Assembly: GCA_022646745.1 (NCBI GenBank)
Contig: CP060262.1
Location: 1,170,001-1,202,000, forward strand
Direction of reading: 5' to 3'
DNA length: 32,000 nucleotides
DNA from: Planctomycetales bacterium
Lineage (GTDB): Bacteria > 4484-113 > JAFGCY01
Both the position numbers and the translations under genes were made by a program. The notes under the pieces are model-generated. The model saw only the letters and a program-made list of their open reading frames with translations. It did not search any database and was not told the origin of the DNA. Positions 14,659 to 22,183 of this stretch are shown piece by piece. The stretch's first letter is position 1. Each line of letters starts with the position of its first letter.

Positions 14659-15774
14659 CTAATCCATCCGGATCGGCATCACGATGTACAGGTAGTCCGG
14701 GTCGCGCGGGCTGCTGACCAGCACCGGGTTGACCTCATTGATCCAGTTGAGCACCACCTGGTCACCGGGCACATTCTTAAGCACCTGGATGATGTACTCC
14801 GGGTTGAGCGCGATGCGGATCGCACCGCCCTCGATCTGGGCAGCCAGTTCCTCGACACCCTTACCGACCTCGCCGGCATCACTGCGGATGTCGATCTTGT
14901 CCTCGCTGCTTTCGATATGCGCCACCGGGTTCTGGTCCCGGGTGCGGCAGACCAGCTGCACGCGCTGCAGGGCGTCATTCAGCTCGCTCTTGTCGAGGAA
15001 CACGCGGGTGGCGATGTCCTTCGGGATCACGCGCTCATAGTCCGGGAACTTCACGTCCAGCAGTGAGCAGACAACGAGCTGGCTGCCGAAGGCAAAGGCC
15101 ACCTGATTGCCCGGGTTGAAGATCGCGACTGCGGCATCATCATCATCCGGCAGCATCTTCTCAAGTTCGTCCGCCACTCGCGCCGGCAGGAGCAGGTTCT
15201 GCTCCAGCTCGTTTCCGGCGAGGCCCTTGTTACGCTTGAGCGCCAGGCGGTGGCCGTCGGTGGCAACGATGTCCAGGCTTGCGCCATGGAACACGAAGAA
15301 CACGCCGTTTGTGTAATGTACGGCTCCCGTTGAGCTGTCCTTCACGGCGCTGAATGTGGTCTGCTGCAGGGCATTCTTCAGCAGGCTGGCCGGGATGCTG
15401 GTCAAAAGCGAGCCGTCATACTCCGGCAGGCTGGGGAAATTCTCATCCGGCATGATCGTCAGGTCGTAGGAACTGCGGCCGACCTGCACATTCAGCTGGT
15501 TGCCTTCCGTGCTGAGGGTCACGTCCTTCTTTGGCAGCTTGCCAACAAGCTTGGACAGCAGGTCCGCGGGAGCCAGGAAGCTGCCGGGATCCGCACCGCT
15601 GACAGCGAGCGTGCGGCGGATGGTGAACTCGCCATCGGTGGCCGTCATCTCCACATGGTCGGAACTGACAACCACCCGCACATGGTTCAGCACTGGATTG
15701 ATGCTGCGGGTTACCGCCTTGCTGACCGTTGACAACACGGCCGAGAGGAGTTCCTGACTGATCACTACACGCAT
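14659..15774 (-). CDS. dnaN: DNA polymerase III beta sliding clamp
   Basis: 371-aa ORF. The N-terminus (MRVVISQELLSAVLSTVSKAVTRSINPVLNHVRVVV...VEMTATDGEFTIR), the length and the three-domain repeat pattern are typical of DnaN. Confidence 0.95.
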   Translation of the reverse strand: MRVVISQELLSAVLSTVSKAVTRSINPVLNHVRVVVSSDHVEMTATDGEFTIRRTLAVSGADPGSFLAPADLLSKLVGKLPKKDVTLSTEGNQLNVQVGRSSYDLTIMPDENFPSLPEYDGSLLTSIPASLLKNALQQTTFSAVKDSSTGAVHYTNGVFFVFHGASLDIVATDGHRLALKRNKGLAGNELEQNLLLPARVADELEKMLPDDDDAAVAIFNPGNQVAFAFGSQLVVCSLLDVKFPDYERVIPKDIATRVFLDKSELNDALQRVQLVCRTRDQNPVAHIESSEDKIDIRSDAGEVGKGVEELAAQIEGGAIRIALNPEYIIQVLKNVPGDQVVLNWINEVNPVLVSSPRDPDYLYIVMPIRMD

Positions 15775-16128
15775 TGGAGAGCCCCGGTGAATCTTGGATT
15801 ATGCAATCTATGAACACCGATTATAACACTGCCGGACTGGCCTTACGGTGTCCCACGGACCGTCCTTTCCAAGTGCTTCACAGACTTCCCACAGGCTATC
15901 CAACATCGCTTTTGATACGTGGCCGGGATGTGCATATTTACCAATATTTCACCCGCAGATGTGGGCTGCCAACAGTTCCTGCTGATTAAGATAAGATTCA
16001 ATTCAGCGTAAGCAAAGATTAATCAAAGCCCCTGTATGCCAGTTCGGCCAGTCAGGATGCGTTGTCCCGCACTTATCCAAACTGTCCGAGGCCCTAGTAC
16101 GAATACTGTCTTAAAATAAGTAAAGGAT

Positions 16129-16827
16129 ATGAATACCACCGAGCATGACCGCACCCCTGGCCTGGAACACAGGCTGTTTGAAATGATCCGCAATGACGAG
16201 GAGATCGTCGAGCTGATCAAGCTGGCCAATGAGCACCTGGGGGTGATCGGCTTTACAGAGCATGGACTCAGGCATGCAAGCATCGTGGCACGCTGGTCAG
16301 GCTCAATCCTCTCCACTCTGGGATACCCGGATGATGAGATAGAACTGGCAAGGTGTGCTGGATTCCTGCATGACATCGGAAATTTCATCTGCCGCACAAA
16401 CCATGGACAGACCGGGGCGGCAATCCTGTACATGATGCTCAAACGCTTCCCGTTCACGACCAGGCAGCTTGGCAAGGTGCTCAGCGCAGTGGGAAACCAT
16501 GAAGAGCAGTACGGCCAGTGCTATAACGAAACATGTGCGGCCGTCGTGCTGGCAGATAAGTCAGATGTCCACAGATCAAGGGTTCGTGCATATGATCCGG
16601 CAAACCATGACATCCATGATGACGTGAATTACGCAGTCACCAGAAGTGACCTGATCGTTGATCCTGACCTGCGTGAAATCAGGCTTGACCTGGATATCGA
16701 TGGCGAGACGGCGAGCATGATGGACTTTTTTGAGATCTTCATGAGCCGCATGATCATGTGCAAGAGCAGTGCTGCCTATCTCGGATGTACCTTCAAGATT
16801 TCCTGCAACGGGACAGTCGTCAGCTGA
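16129..16827 (+). CDS. HD-domain phosphohydrolase
   Basis: 232-aa ORF with H...HD metal motifs (GLRHASIVA; GFLHDIGN), then GNHEE and LADKSDVHRSRV. AAAGGA lies upstream of the ATG. Confidence 0.9.
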   Translation: MNTTEHDRTPGLEHRLFEMIRNDEEIVELIKLANEHLGVIGFTEHGLRHASIVARWSGSILSTLGYPDDEIELARCAGFLHDIGNFICRTNHGQTGAAILYMMLKRFPFTTRQLGKVLSAVGNHEEQYGQCYNETCAAVVLADKSDVHRSRVRAYDPANHDIHDDVNYAVTRSDLIVDPDLREIRLDLDIDGETASMMDFFEIFMSRMIMCKSSAAYLGCTFKISCNGTVVS

Positions 16828-16832
16828 CAGGC

Positions 16833-17402
16833 TCACCAGCCCTTGCTTGAACGGTCAAGCTTTCCGCTCCAGGAATGGACGGATACCTGCTTGAACCTTG
16901 CCGGCAACAGGTAGTCCAGGCAGCCACGGGACACGTATTCGTTTTCCTGCAATGCCTTTTCAGCATCTGCATGTAAAGCCATCCGTCCCGATTCAAACTT
17001 GTTATTGCTGAAGATTCCCACACACAGGATTTCATCATTGAGGATGGACCGGGCAAGTTCCAGAGCTTCTCGCTGGCTGGGGAACTCCACCCTCACTCCG
17101 GCGAAATCCACACTTGTGCTCCTTGTGGATTCAATGGCCATGACTTCAAGGTCAATCCCTTCACGCCTGGCAGGACTTTTGAGGTAGACCAGCAGGCCCT
17201 GGTAGTAACCCTTGAAGTCGGACAGGATGTCCAGCTGTTCCAGCAGTTCCGGCTGGGTCTCCTTCAGGACTTCAATGAACTCCGTGCAGTAACTGCCAAG
17301 CTTCACCACCGGATGCCATTTTTCCGCCTTGTACCTGCTGGGGCCGTCGCTGACCATATGAAGATAATACGATTTCCGGACTAGGCTGGAGTCAGTCAGC
17401 AA
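16833..17402 (-). CDS. Hypothetical protein, paralog A of a tandem pair
   Basis: 189-aa ORF. The C-terminal half aligns with the neighbouring ORF: ARSILNDEILCVGIFSNNKFESG...GCLDYL...VSVHSWSGKLD versus ARYIGFIVNEDIVCISKYVNSEFSGC...GCLSFL...LQVTSWTGKIDG. GC is lower than in the flanks by eye. Confidence 0.7.
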   Translation of the reverse strand: MLTDSSLVRKSYYLHMVSDGPSRYKAEKWHPVVKLGSYCTEFIEVLKETQPELLEQLDILSDFKGYYQGLLVYLKSPARREGIDLEVMAIESTRSTSVDFAGVRVEFPSQREALELARSILNDEILCVGIFSNNKFESGRMALHADAEKALQENEYVSRGCLDYLLPARFKQVSVHSWSGKLDRSSKGW

Positions 17403-17416
17403 TGAAGGAATTCGAA

Positions 17417-17923
17417 TCAGCCATCAATCTTTCCGGTCCAGGAAGTTACCTGTAGGCTTTCCTCACGTTGCGGCTGGAGGAATGAAAGGCAACCGGAAGG
17501 TTTGTTTTCGGTAGATGCAGTGCTTTGTAACGCCATTCCTGGCTCAGCCATCCAGCATCCGGAGAATTCTGAATTGACGTACTTGCTGATGCAGACAATA
17601 TCTTCATTGACTATGAAGCCGATGTATCGGGCAGCTTCAAAAGTGCCGCTGAAATCCTCGATTGCTCCGTTGAATTCGATTTTTACGCTTGGCGGGTTCT
17701 CTGAAGCATGCACATTGAGCGTGATGATGCGGTAGGGATTGGGGGCCCGCACCGTAAGACTCAGTCCAAGCGGGTTTCCATCCTGGTCCATTGCCAGCAT
17801 CAGCTTCTCATCCCAGTGCGGCTGGACCCTGAGCAGGTCATCATGGAAGGATTGCAGGAAATTCCCGAGCGGGATTTCCGGCGCGTAACCGGTTGTAATC
17901 GTGTCGTGTCCGTAGTCGGCCAT
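17417..17923 (-). CDS. Hypothetical protein, paralog B of a tandem pair
   Basis: 168-aa ORF, 14 nt upstream of paralog A on the same strand. The shared C-terminal motifs are those listed for paralog A. Confidence 0.7.
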   Translation of the reverse strand: MADYGHDTITTGYAPEIPLGNFLQSFHDDLLRVQPHWDEKLMLAMDQDGNPLGLSLTVRAPNPYRIITLNVHASENPPSVKIEFNGAIEDFSGTFEAARYIGFIVNEDIVCISKYVNSEFSGCWMAEPGMALQSTASTENKPSGCLSFLQPQREESLQVTSWTGKIDG

Positions 17924-18116
17924 GTTGATCCCTCACAGCTGTGCGGCAAGGCCCGGGCCGCATGTCTCAATTCTTGCGGCTGCTGCTGATTTTGGGTGGT
18001 TGTTTAACCTCAATTTAAGATTTGCAGTGCATTTGGATGTCCAATCAACCTGCATTGAGCGGGCCACAGGCAAATTCTGCTAAGATGAAATCAGGAAGCA
18101 GCAATGGGACAGATAA

Positions 18117-19316
18117 ATGGACGCAGTTCCTGAAAGCCGTCAATCCGGGGGATTCCTCGGTGAATGGATGTCAGCGATCAGCACGGTCAATGAAAATCCG
18201 GTGGCCGGCTGGCTGATGACGGCCCGTGAGCGGCGGACCCAGAGATATCCGCTGGTTCGCAAGCTGATTGTCCCGGTTGCGATTTCCCTGGTATTCCTGT
18301 TTTCCTTCCTCTACGCCCAGCGCAACTCAGCATTGATCAGCAGTTCCAGCCTGGTTGAGCTGGTGACGATCATGCTGACCGTATCAATCCTGCCGGCGGT
18401 GTTCTTCTGGGCATTGACTGGCATCTTCACAGCGGTGCAGGAATCACTGTCGCTACTGGCGGATGAAAGCAAGAGCAAGACCTCACTCACGATTGATGAC
18501 ATGGTGAGTGTTTCGCAGATGAGCAGTGCTGACATTGCGGTTGGTGCCCTGCAGGTGATCATGCCGCAGCTGTTCTGGCGAGCGCTCGCGCTGTCACTCT
18601 GCTTCTGGTGGCTGATGCTGATGCTGACCAGCATGTTCGGCGTGGACCTGCGGGCGGAAAGCTTCATCAATACCTGGATCTGGGGCATCGTAACAGTTCC
18701 GCTGATGCTGCTCAGCAGCCTGCTGGCCTGCCTGGCGCTGGTGCTGGGATGCATCGCCGCCGGACTGCATGCGCGGGGTACGCTGGTCCCGCTGACTGCC
18801 GCTGTGCTTGTGATGGGCGTGAGTTTCGCCTGGTCGCTGGTTGGCGGAAACATGCTGATCAATGACCAGTACGTGCTGCTGCTGACGAGGCCCGGCAGCA
18901 TTTACGGTTCGATCGTGTTCCTTGTGCTGGCATTCCTGGTGGCCCTGCTGGTCAGGCGGCCGGGTAGCTCGCGGGCCGGCCTGGCGATACTGCTGCCGGT
19001 GCTGGCAGCAGCCACAATGTACCTGTTCTTCCGATTCGTGGTACCGAACCAGGAGGGGATCTCCTCCATGCTCGTGTCACTGGCTGCCGGCTTCATGCGC
19101 AGCTGGGGCAGCTTCAGCCTGGTCAACCCGCTGTTCGTGCCCACGGCAGCCAGCTGGGGGGATGTGTTCGGGCGCAACCCGGTGACGGCGGAAGGTGGAT
19201 TCGGCAGCAGCCTGGAAATGCGCTGGATGATCGGCTTCCTGACCCAGCTCGGACTGGTCTGGATCAATGCCTGGCTGGCATGGCAGTGCATCAACCGCAA
19301 GCGCAGCAGCCACTAA
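18117..19316 (+). CDS. Polytopic membrane protein, ABC-2/NosY-like permease architecture; paralog of 25726..26916
   Basis: 399-aa ORF with many hydrophobic helices. The segment ILPAVFFWALTGIFTAVQESLSLLADESKSKTSLTIDDMVSVSQMSSADIAVGAL aligns with VLTPGAALWLLGGLFRLVRDSIGWLSYAKDSGGAIMLDSMTCISPMEDRDVVLAGL in the other gene. An alternative start is ATG 18168. Confidence 0.8.
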   Translation: MDAVPESRQSGGFLGEWMSAISTVNENPVAGWLMTARERRTQRYPLVRKLIVPVAISLVFLFSFLYAQRNSALISSSSLVELVTIMLTVSILPAVFFWALTGIFTAVQESLSLLADESKSKTSLTIDDMVSVSQMSSADIAVGALQVIMPQLFWRALALSLCFWWLMLMLTSMFGVDLRAESFINTWIWGIVTVPLMLLSSLLACLALVLGCIAAGLHARGTLVPLTAAVLVMGVSFAWSLVGGNMLINDQYVLLLTRPGSIYGSIVFLVLAFLVALLVRRPGSSRAGLAILLPVLAAATMYLFFRFVVPNQEGISSMLVSLAAGFMRSWGSFSLVNPLFVPTAASWGDVFGRNPVTAEGGFGSSLEMRWMIGFLTQLGLVWINAWLAWQCINRKRSSH

Positions 19317-19375
19317 GCAGCTTGCGGCCTCCATTCAAATACATGATCCGGATGTAAATCAGCCGGTTGATTGTT

Positions 19376-19391
19376 TGTTTCACGTGAAACA
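19376..19391. promoter_or_regulatory. Perfect 16-bp palindrome TGTTTCACGTGAAACA (candidate operator)
   Basis: The sequence is its own reverse complement. A near-copy GTTCCACGTGAAACA lies 46 bp downstream. Both sit in the 302-nt gap upstream of the 19619 ORF. Confidence 0.45.
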
Positions 19392-19422
19392 TAATTCACC
19401 AGGTGCACATCAGGAGAATAGC

Positions 19423-19437
19423 GTTCCACGTGAAACA
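19423..19437. promoter_or_regulatory. Second copy of the CACGTG-centred box (GTTCCACGTGAAACA)
   Basis: 14 of 15 identical to 19377-19391 (GTTTCACGTGAAACA). An imperfect palindrome. Confidence 0.4.
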
Positions 19438-19618
19438 CTGATTAATCTGTCGGGTGGCAGAACTACTGAGTGGCTGACACTTCCCCGTGCAATTCCAGTC
19501 TATTGCCTCTTTCAATGAGGCTCCGTGCGAGGCATCTCCAGTACGAGAAACCACAACTTCACTGCAAGTCCCGGTTAACAGCTCCCGAAGGCCTAATCAA
19601 GGCGTTATCTTCCCCTTG

Positions 19619-19885
19619 ATGTCATGTTGCTCCACAGGTAACGCCCTGAACTCCGCCATGCGTGGCATGCAGCGGGCCAGTGAGTCCGCATCCGTTGCAG
19701 CACGCCATATTGCCACTCCGAAATCCCAGGGACCGGAACTTGAGAGTCGCAGCAGTGTGGCTGACATCGTGGACATCAGCAAGGCTGCCAAGGGGATGCA
19801 GGCCTCTGCCGTTGTGTTCTCTGTCGCCGCAGACATGAGCGACATCGCAATGTCGATTGGTGCGCGGCTGGACCAGTACGCCTAG
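19619..19885 (+). CDS. Small hypothetical protein with N- and C-terminal segments reminiscent of flagellar axial (rod) proteins
   Basis: 88 aa from ATG 19619 (the track ORF starts at 19487). NALNSAMRGMQRASESASVAARHIAT resembles the S.L.A....L.V.A.NIAN N-terminal motif. VADIVDISKAAKGMQASAVVFSVAADMSDIAM resembles the VDL..E.V.L......Y.AN..V..T.D.M C-terminal motif. The start and even the coding status are uncertain, and no clear RBS is present. Confidence 0.4.
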   Translation: MSCCSTGNALNSAMRGMQRASESASVAARHIATPKSQGPELESRSSVADIVDISKAAKGMQASAVVFSVAADMSDIAMSIGARLDQYA

Positions 19886-20018
19886 GCAGCAGACACGACA
19901 GTTTCTCATCTGGATGATTGCGGCCCATTGATCCCTCCTGCGTGAGCAATTCCGAATTTGTGGCGATCACATCTTTGCATGCTTGCTGACCGGACTGTGA
20001 AGTGGAACCGGGCTGGCC

Positions 20019-20024
20019 TATAAT
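20019..20024 (+). promoter_or_regulatory. Consensus -10 hexamer TATAAT immediately upstream of the hydantoinase-like gene
   Basis: TATAAT at 20019-20024 lies 6 nt before GTG 20031 and 15 nt before in-frame TTG 20040. No good -35 is present (TGTGAA at best). Confidence 0.3.
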
Positions 20025-20030
20025 CGTCGC

Positions 20031-22091
20031 GTGTCCGGATTGCGAATCGGCATAGATGTCGGCGGGACCTTCACCCATGGTGTGCTGCTCAGGCCACCCG
20101 GTGATGTGTTGAAGCGATCCGTCACTCCCACAACCCACAGTGCGCAGATGGGGGTTGCCGAGGGAATTCGCACCGTGCTTGCCGAACTGGTCGATGGACT
20201 GGACGCGGAGAAGGTGGAATTGGTGGCGCATTCAACCACGCAAGCCACCAATGCCCTGCTGGAAGGTGATGTTTCCGAAATCAACCGGGTGGTCTGCGTA
20301 CCTCCCGGTGAAGCGCTGCTGCTGAAGCTTGCCCTGCGCGACCGGCGCATTCCGATCGGAAGCGGCAATGGAGTGACGCTGCACCAGGTGATGGTGCCGG
20401 CAGGCAAGGCAAGTTCTGCTGAAGCGGAACTGCCGCAGCTGGATCGCTCGCTGCCCAGTGCTGTGATCCAGCCCCTGGCGGGAGGCCACGATGCACTTGA
20501 GGAAGTGGTGCGCGAGCGGCTCGGACTGGATCCGCAGCGCAGTGTGCTGGCCGGGGAGATAACCCAGGTGCTGGGCCTGAATGCCCGGGCACGCACCGCG
20601 GGGATCAACGCGGCAATGCTGCCGCGCATGCTGGAAACGGCGAACTACACGGAAAAGGTGGTGCAGGAACTGCTGCCCGGGGTGCCGCTGCAGGTGGTGC
20701 GCAGTGACGGCGGGGCGATGGATATCTCCGAGATGCGGCGCCAGCCGATCCTCTCCATCCTGTCCGGCCCGGCAGCCGGGGCCAGTGCCGCACTGCACCG
20801 CAGTGGCTTGAGCGAGCTGGTGTTCATCGAGGTCGGTGGCACTTCGACGGACATCACGCTGGTACAGGCCGGCCGGGTGCGCCAGCGCAATGCCACGGTC
20901 GGCGGCAACCGCCTGCTGGTTCCAGCGCTGGACCTGCGTACCGTCGCACTCGGCGGGGGCAGCATGCTGGATAGCCGCGGCCGCTCATTCGGACCGCGTA
21001 GTGCCCATATCGCCGGATTGCCCTACCTGTTCCAGGCTGTGTTGCAGGGAAAGGAGTTCACTGGCAAAGCCGAGTGGCAGGACAACCACGGGCACAGTTA
21101 CAGCGTGATAGCAACTTCCTCCGGAGAGAATTCAGCGTTCACACTGACTGATTACCGCATTCTTTCGGCACATGCTGTATCAGCAGAGTCAGGAAAGGCA
21201 CTGTTGGATCAGCTGGGAATAGAGCTAAATACGGCGCAACTTGAAGTGATGCGCATTGCGGCTGCCGGACTGCTTGAACAGGCGGCGAAAGCCCAGCAGG
21301 CTTCAATCCGCCAGCTTTGCCGCCCGATCAATGAGTTGATTGGATCGCATGAAGCCAGCCGCGACAGCCTGGTACTGGTCGGCGGTGGAGGTGGCGCGCC
21401 GGTAGTGCTTGATCCGCTTGCAAGCGAACTGGGATTTGCTGGCCAGCTGATTGATGAGCATCCTGTGATCAGCGCAGTCGGCGCTGCACTGGCGGTGACA
21501 TGTGTTTCCATCAGCCGCAGCACAGCGGAGCCGAAGGGGACGGACATTGAGGAGCTGACCCGCCAGGTTGAGGAGAGGCTGGCGCGGCAGGGGGCGGAAC
21601 GGGTCAGCACGGAATATGACTACGATGCGCAGCGCCAGGTGCTGACGGTCACCGGCCGCGGCAACCGGCCCTACGAACAGGATGCGGATGACATCGGTGC
21701 GCCGAAACGACTACAGCGGGCAACAGAGCTGCTGGGGAGCGGAGCCGAATCCCGCTGGAGCGATGGGGGGATTGAGTTCTACTCTGCACCCGGGAAACGG
21801 CGTGGCACACATGTCGGGCTGGCGCTGCTGGCCAGTGGCCGCTCAATCTGGCAGGGCAGCTACCGGCGGATCGAACCGGTGGCCAGTGGTGAATTGGAGC
21901 TGGTGCTGGACCGGATCATTTCCGAGGAGACATCCTATACGGATGGCGGAGCGTTGCTGCCGGGACTGAGCCTGCTGGCGGACGGGCGTTACATCCCGCT
22001 GGACCAGCTGGGCAGTGCGGAACTGGTGCGGGAAGTGCTGCGCTGGGAGAAATTGCCCCAGGATTGCCGGGCACTGTTCCTGCTGCGTTGA
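20031..22091 (+). CDS. Hydantoinase/oxoprolinase-family (ASKHA ATPase) protein with a C-terminal extension
   Basis: 686-aa ORF. The N-terminal LRIGIDVGGTFTHGV phosphate-1 motif and FIEVGGTSTDITLV, LVLVGGGGGAPV are typical of the Hydantoinase_A family. The start is GTG 20031 or TTG 20040. Confidence 0.8.
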   Translation: MSGLRIGIDVGGTFTHGVLLRPPGDVLKRSVTPTTHSAQMGVAEGIRTVLAELVDGLDAEKVELVAHSTTQATNALLEGDVSEINRVVCVPPGEALLLKLALRDRRIPIGSGNGVTLHQVMVPAGKASSAEAELPQLDRSLPSAVIQPLAGGHDALEEVVRERLGLDPQRSVLAGEITQVLGLNARARTAGINAAMLPRMLETANYTEKVVQELLPGVPLQVVRSDGGAMDISEMRRQPILSILSGPAAGASAALHRSGLSELVFIEVGGTSTDITLVQAGRVRQRNATVGGNRLLVPALDLRTVALGGGSMLDSRGRSFGPRSAHIAGLPYLFQAVLQGKEFTGKAEWQDNHGHSYSVIATSSGENSAFTLTDYRILSAHAVSAESGKALLDQLGIELNTAQLEVMRIAAAGLLEQAAKAQQASIRQLCRPINELIGSHEASRDSLVLVGGGGGAPVVLDPLASELGFAGQLIDEHPVISAVGAALAVTCVSISRSTAEPKGTDIEELTRQVEERLARQGAERVSTEYDYDAQRQVLTVTGRGNRPYEQDADDIGAPKRLQRATELLGSGAESRWSDGGIEFYSAPGKRRGTHVGLALLASGRSIWQGSYRRIEPVASGELELVLDRIISEETSYTDGGALLPGLSLLADGRYIPLDQLGSAELVREVLRWEKLPQDCRALFLLR

Positions 22092-22183
22092 TTGCATCAT
22101 TAGCTAAGTACACAATTGATTTGCCGGTGGACTAAACTGCAGGAGCTTTTGTGGCTTGGGTCAATTCACCATATAATTCAGTT

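Noticed and set aside
15775-16128. Possible oriC in the AT-richer region upstream of dnaN
   Set aside because: I find only one 8/9 match to the DnaA box (TTATCCAAA at 16072-16080). Other candidates have 2-3 mismatches, there is no clear box cluster, and there is no adjacent dnaA. An AT-rich stretch with AAGATT repeats (about 15975-16030) alone is not sufficient. A genome-wide GC-skew and DnaA-box analysis would be needed.
15775-19900. Calling the lower-GC patch a mobile genomic island
   Set aside because: I see no integrase, transposase, tRNA attachment site or flanking direct repeats in the window, and the HD gene is a widely conserved family. It is kept only as a compositional observation in the findings, not annotated as a mobile element.
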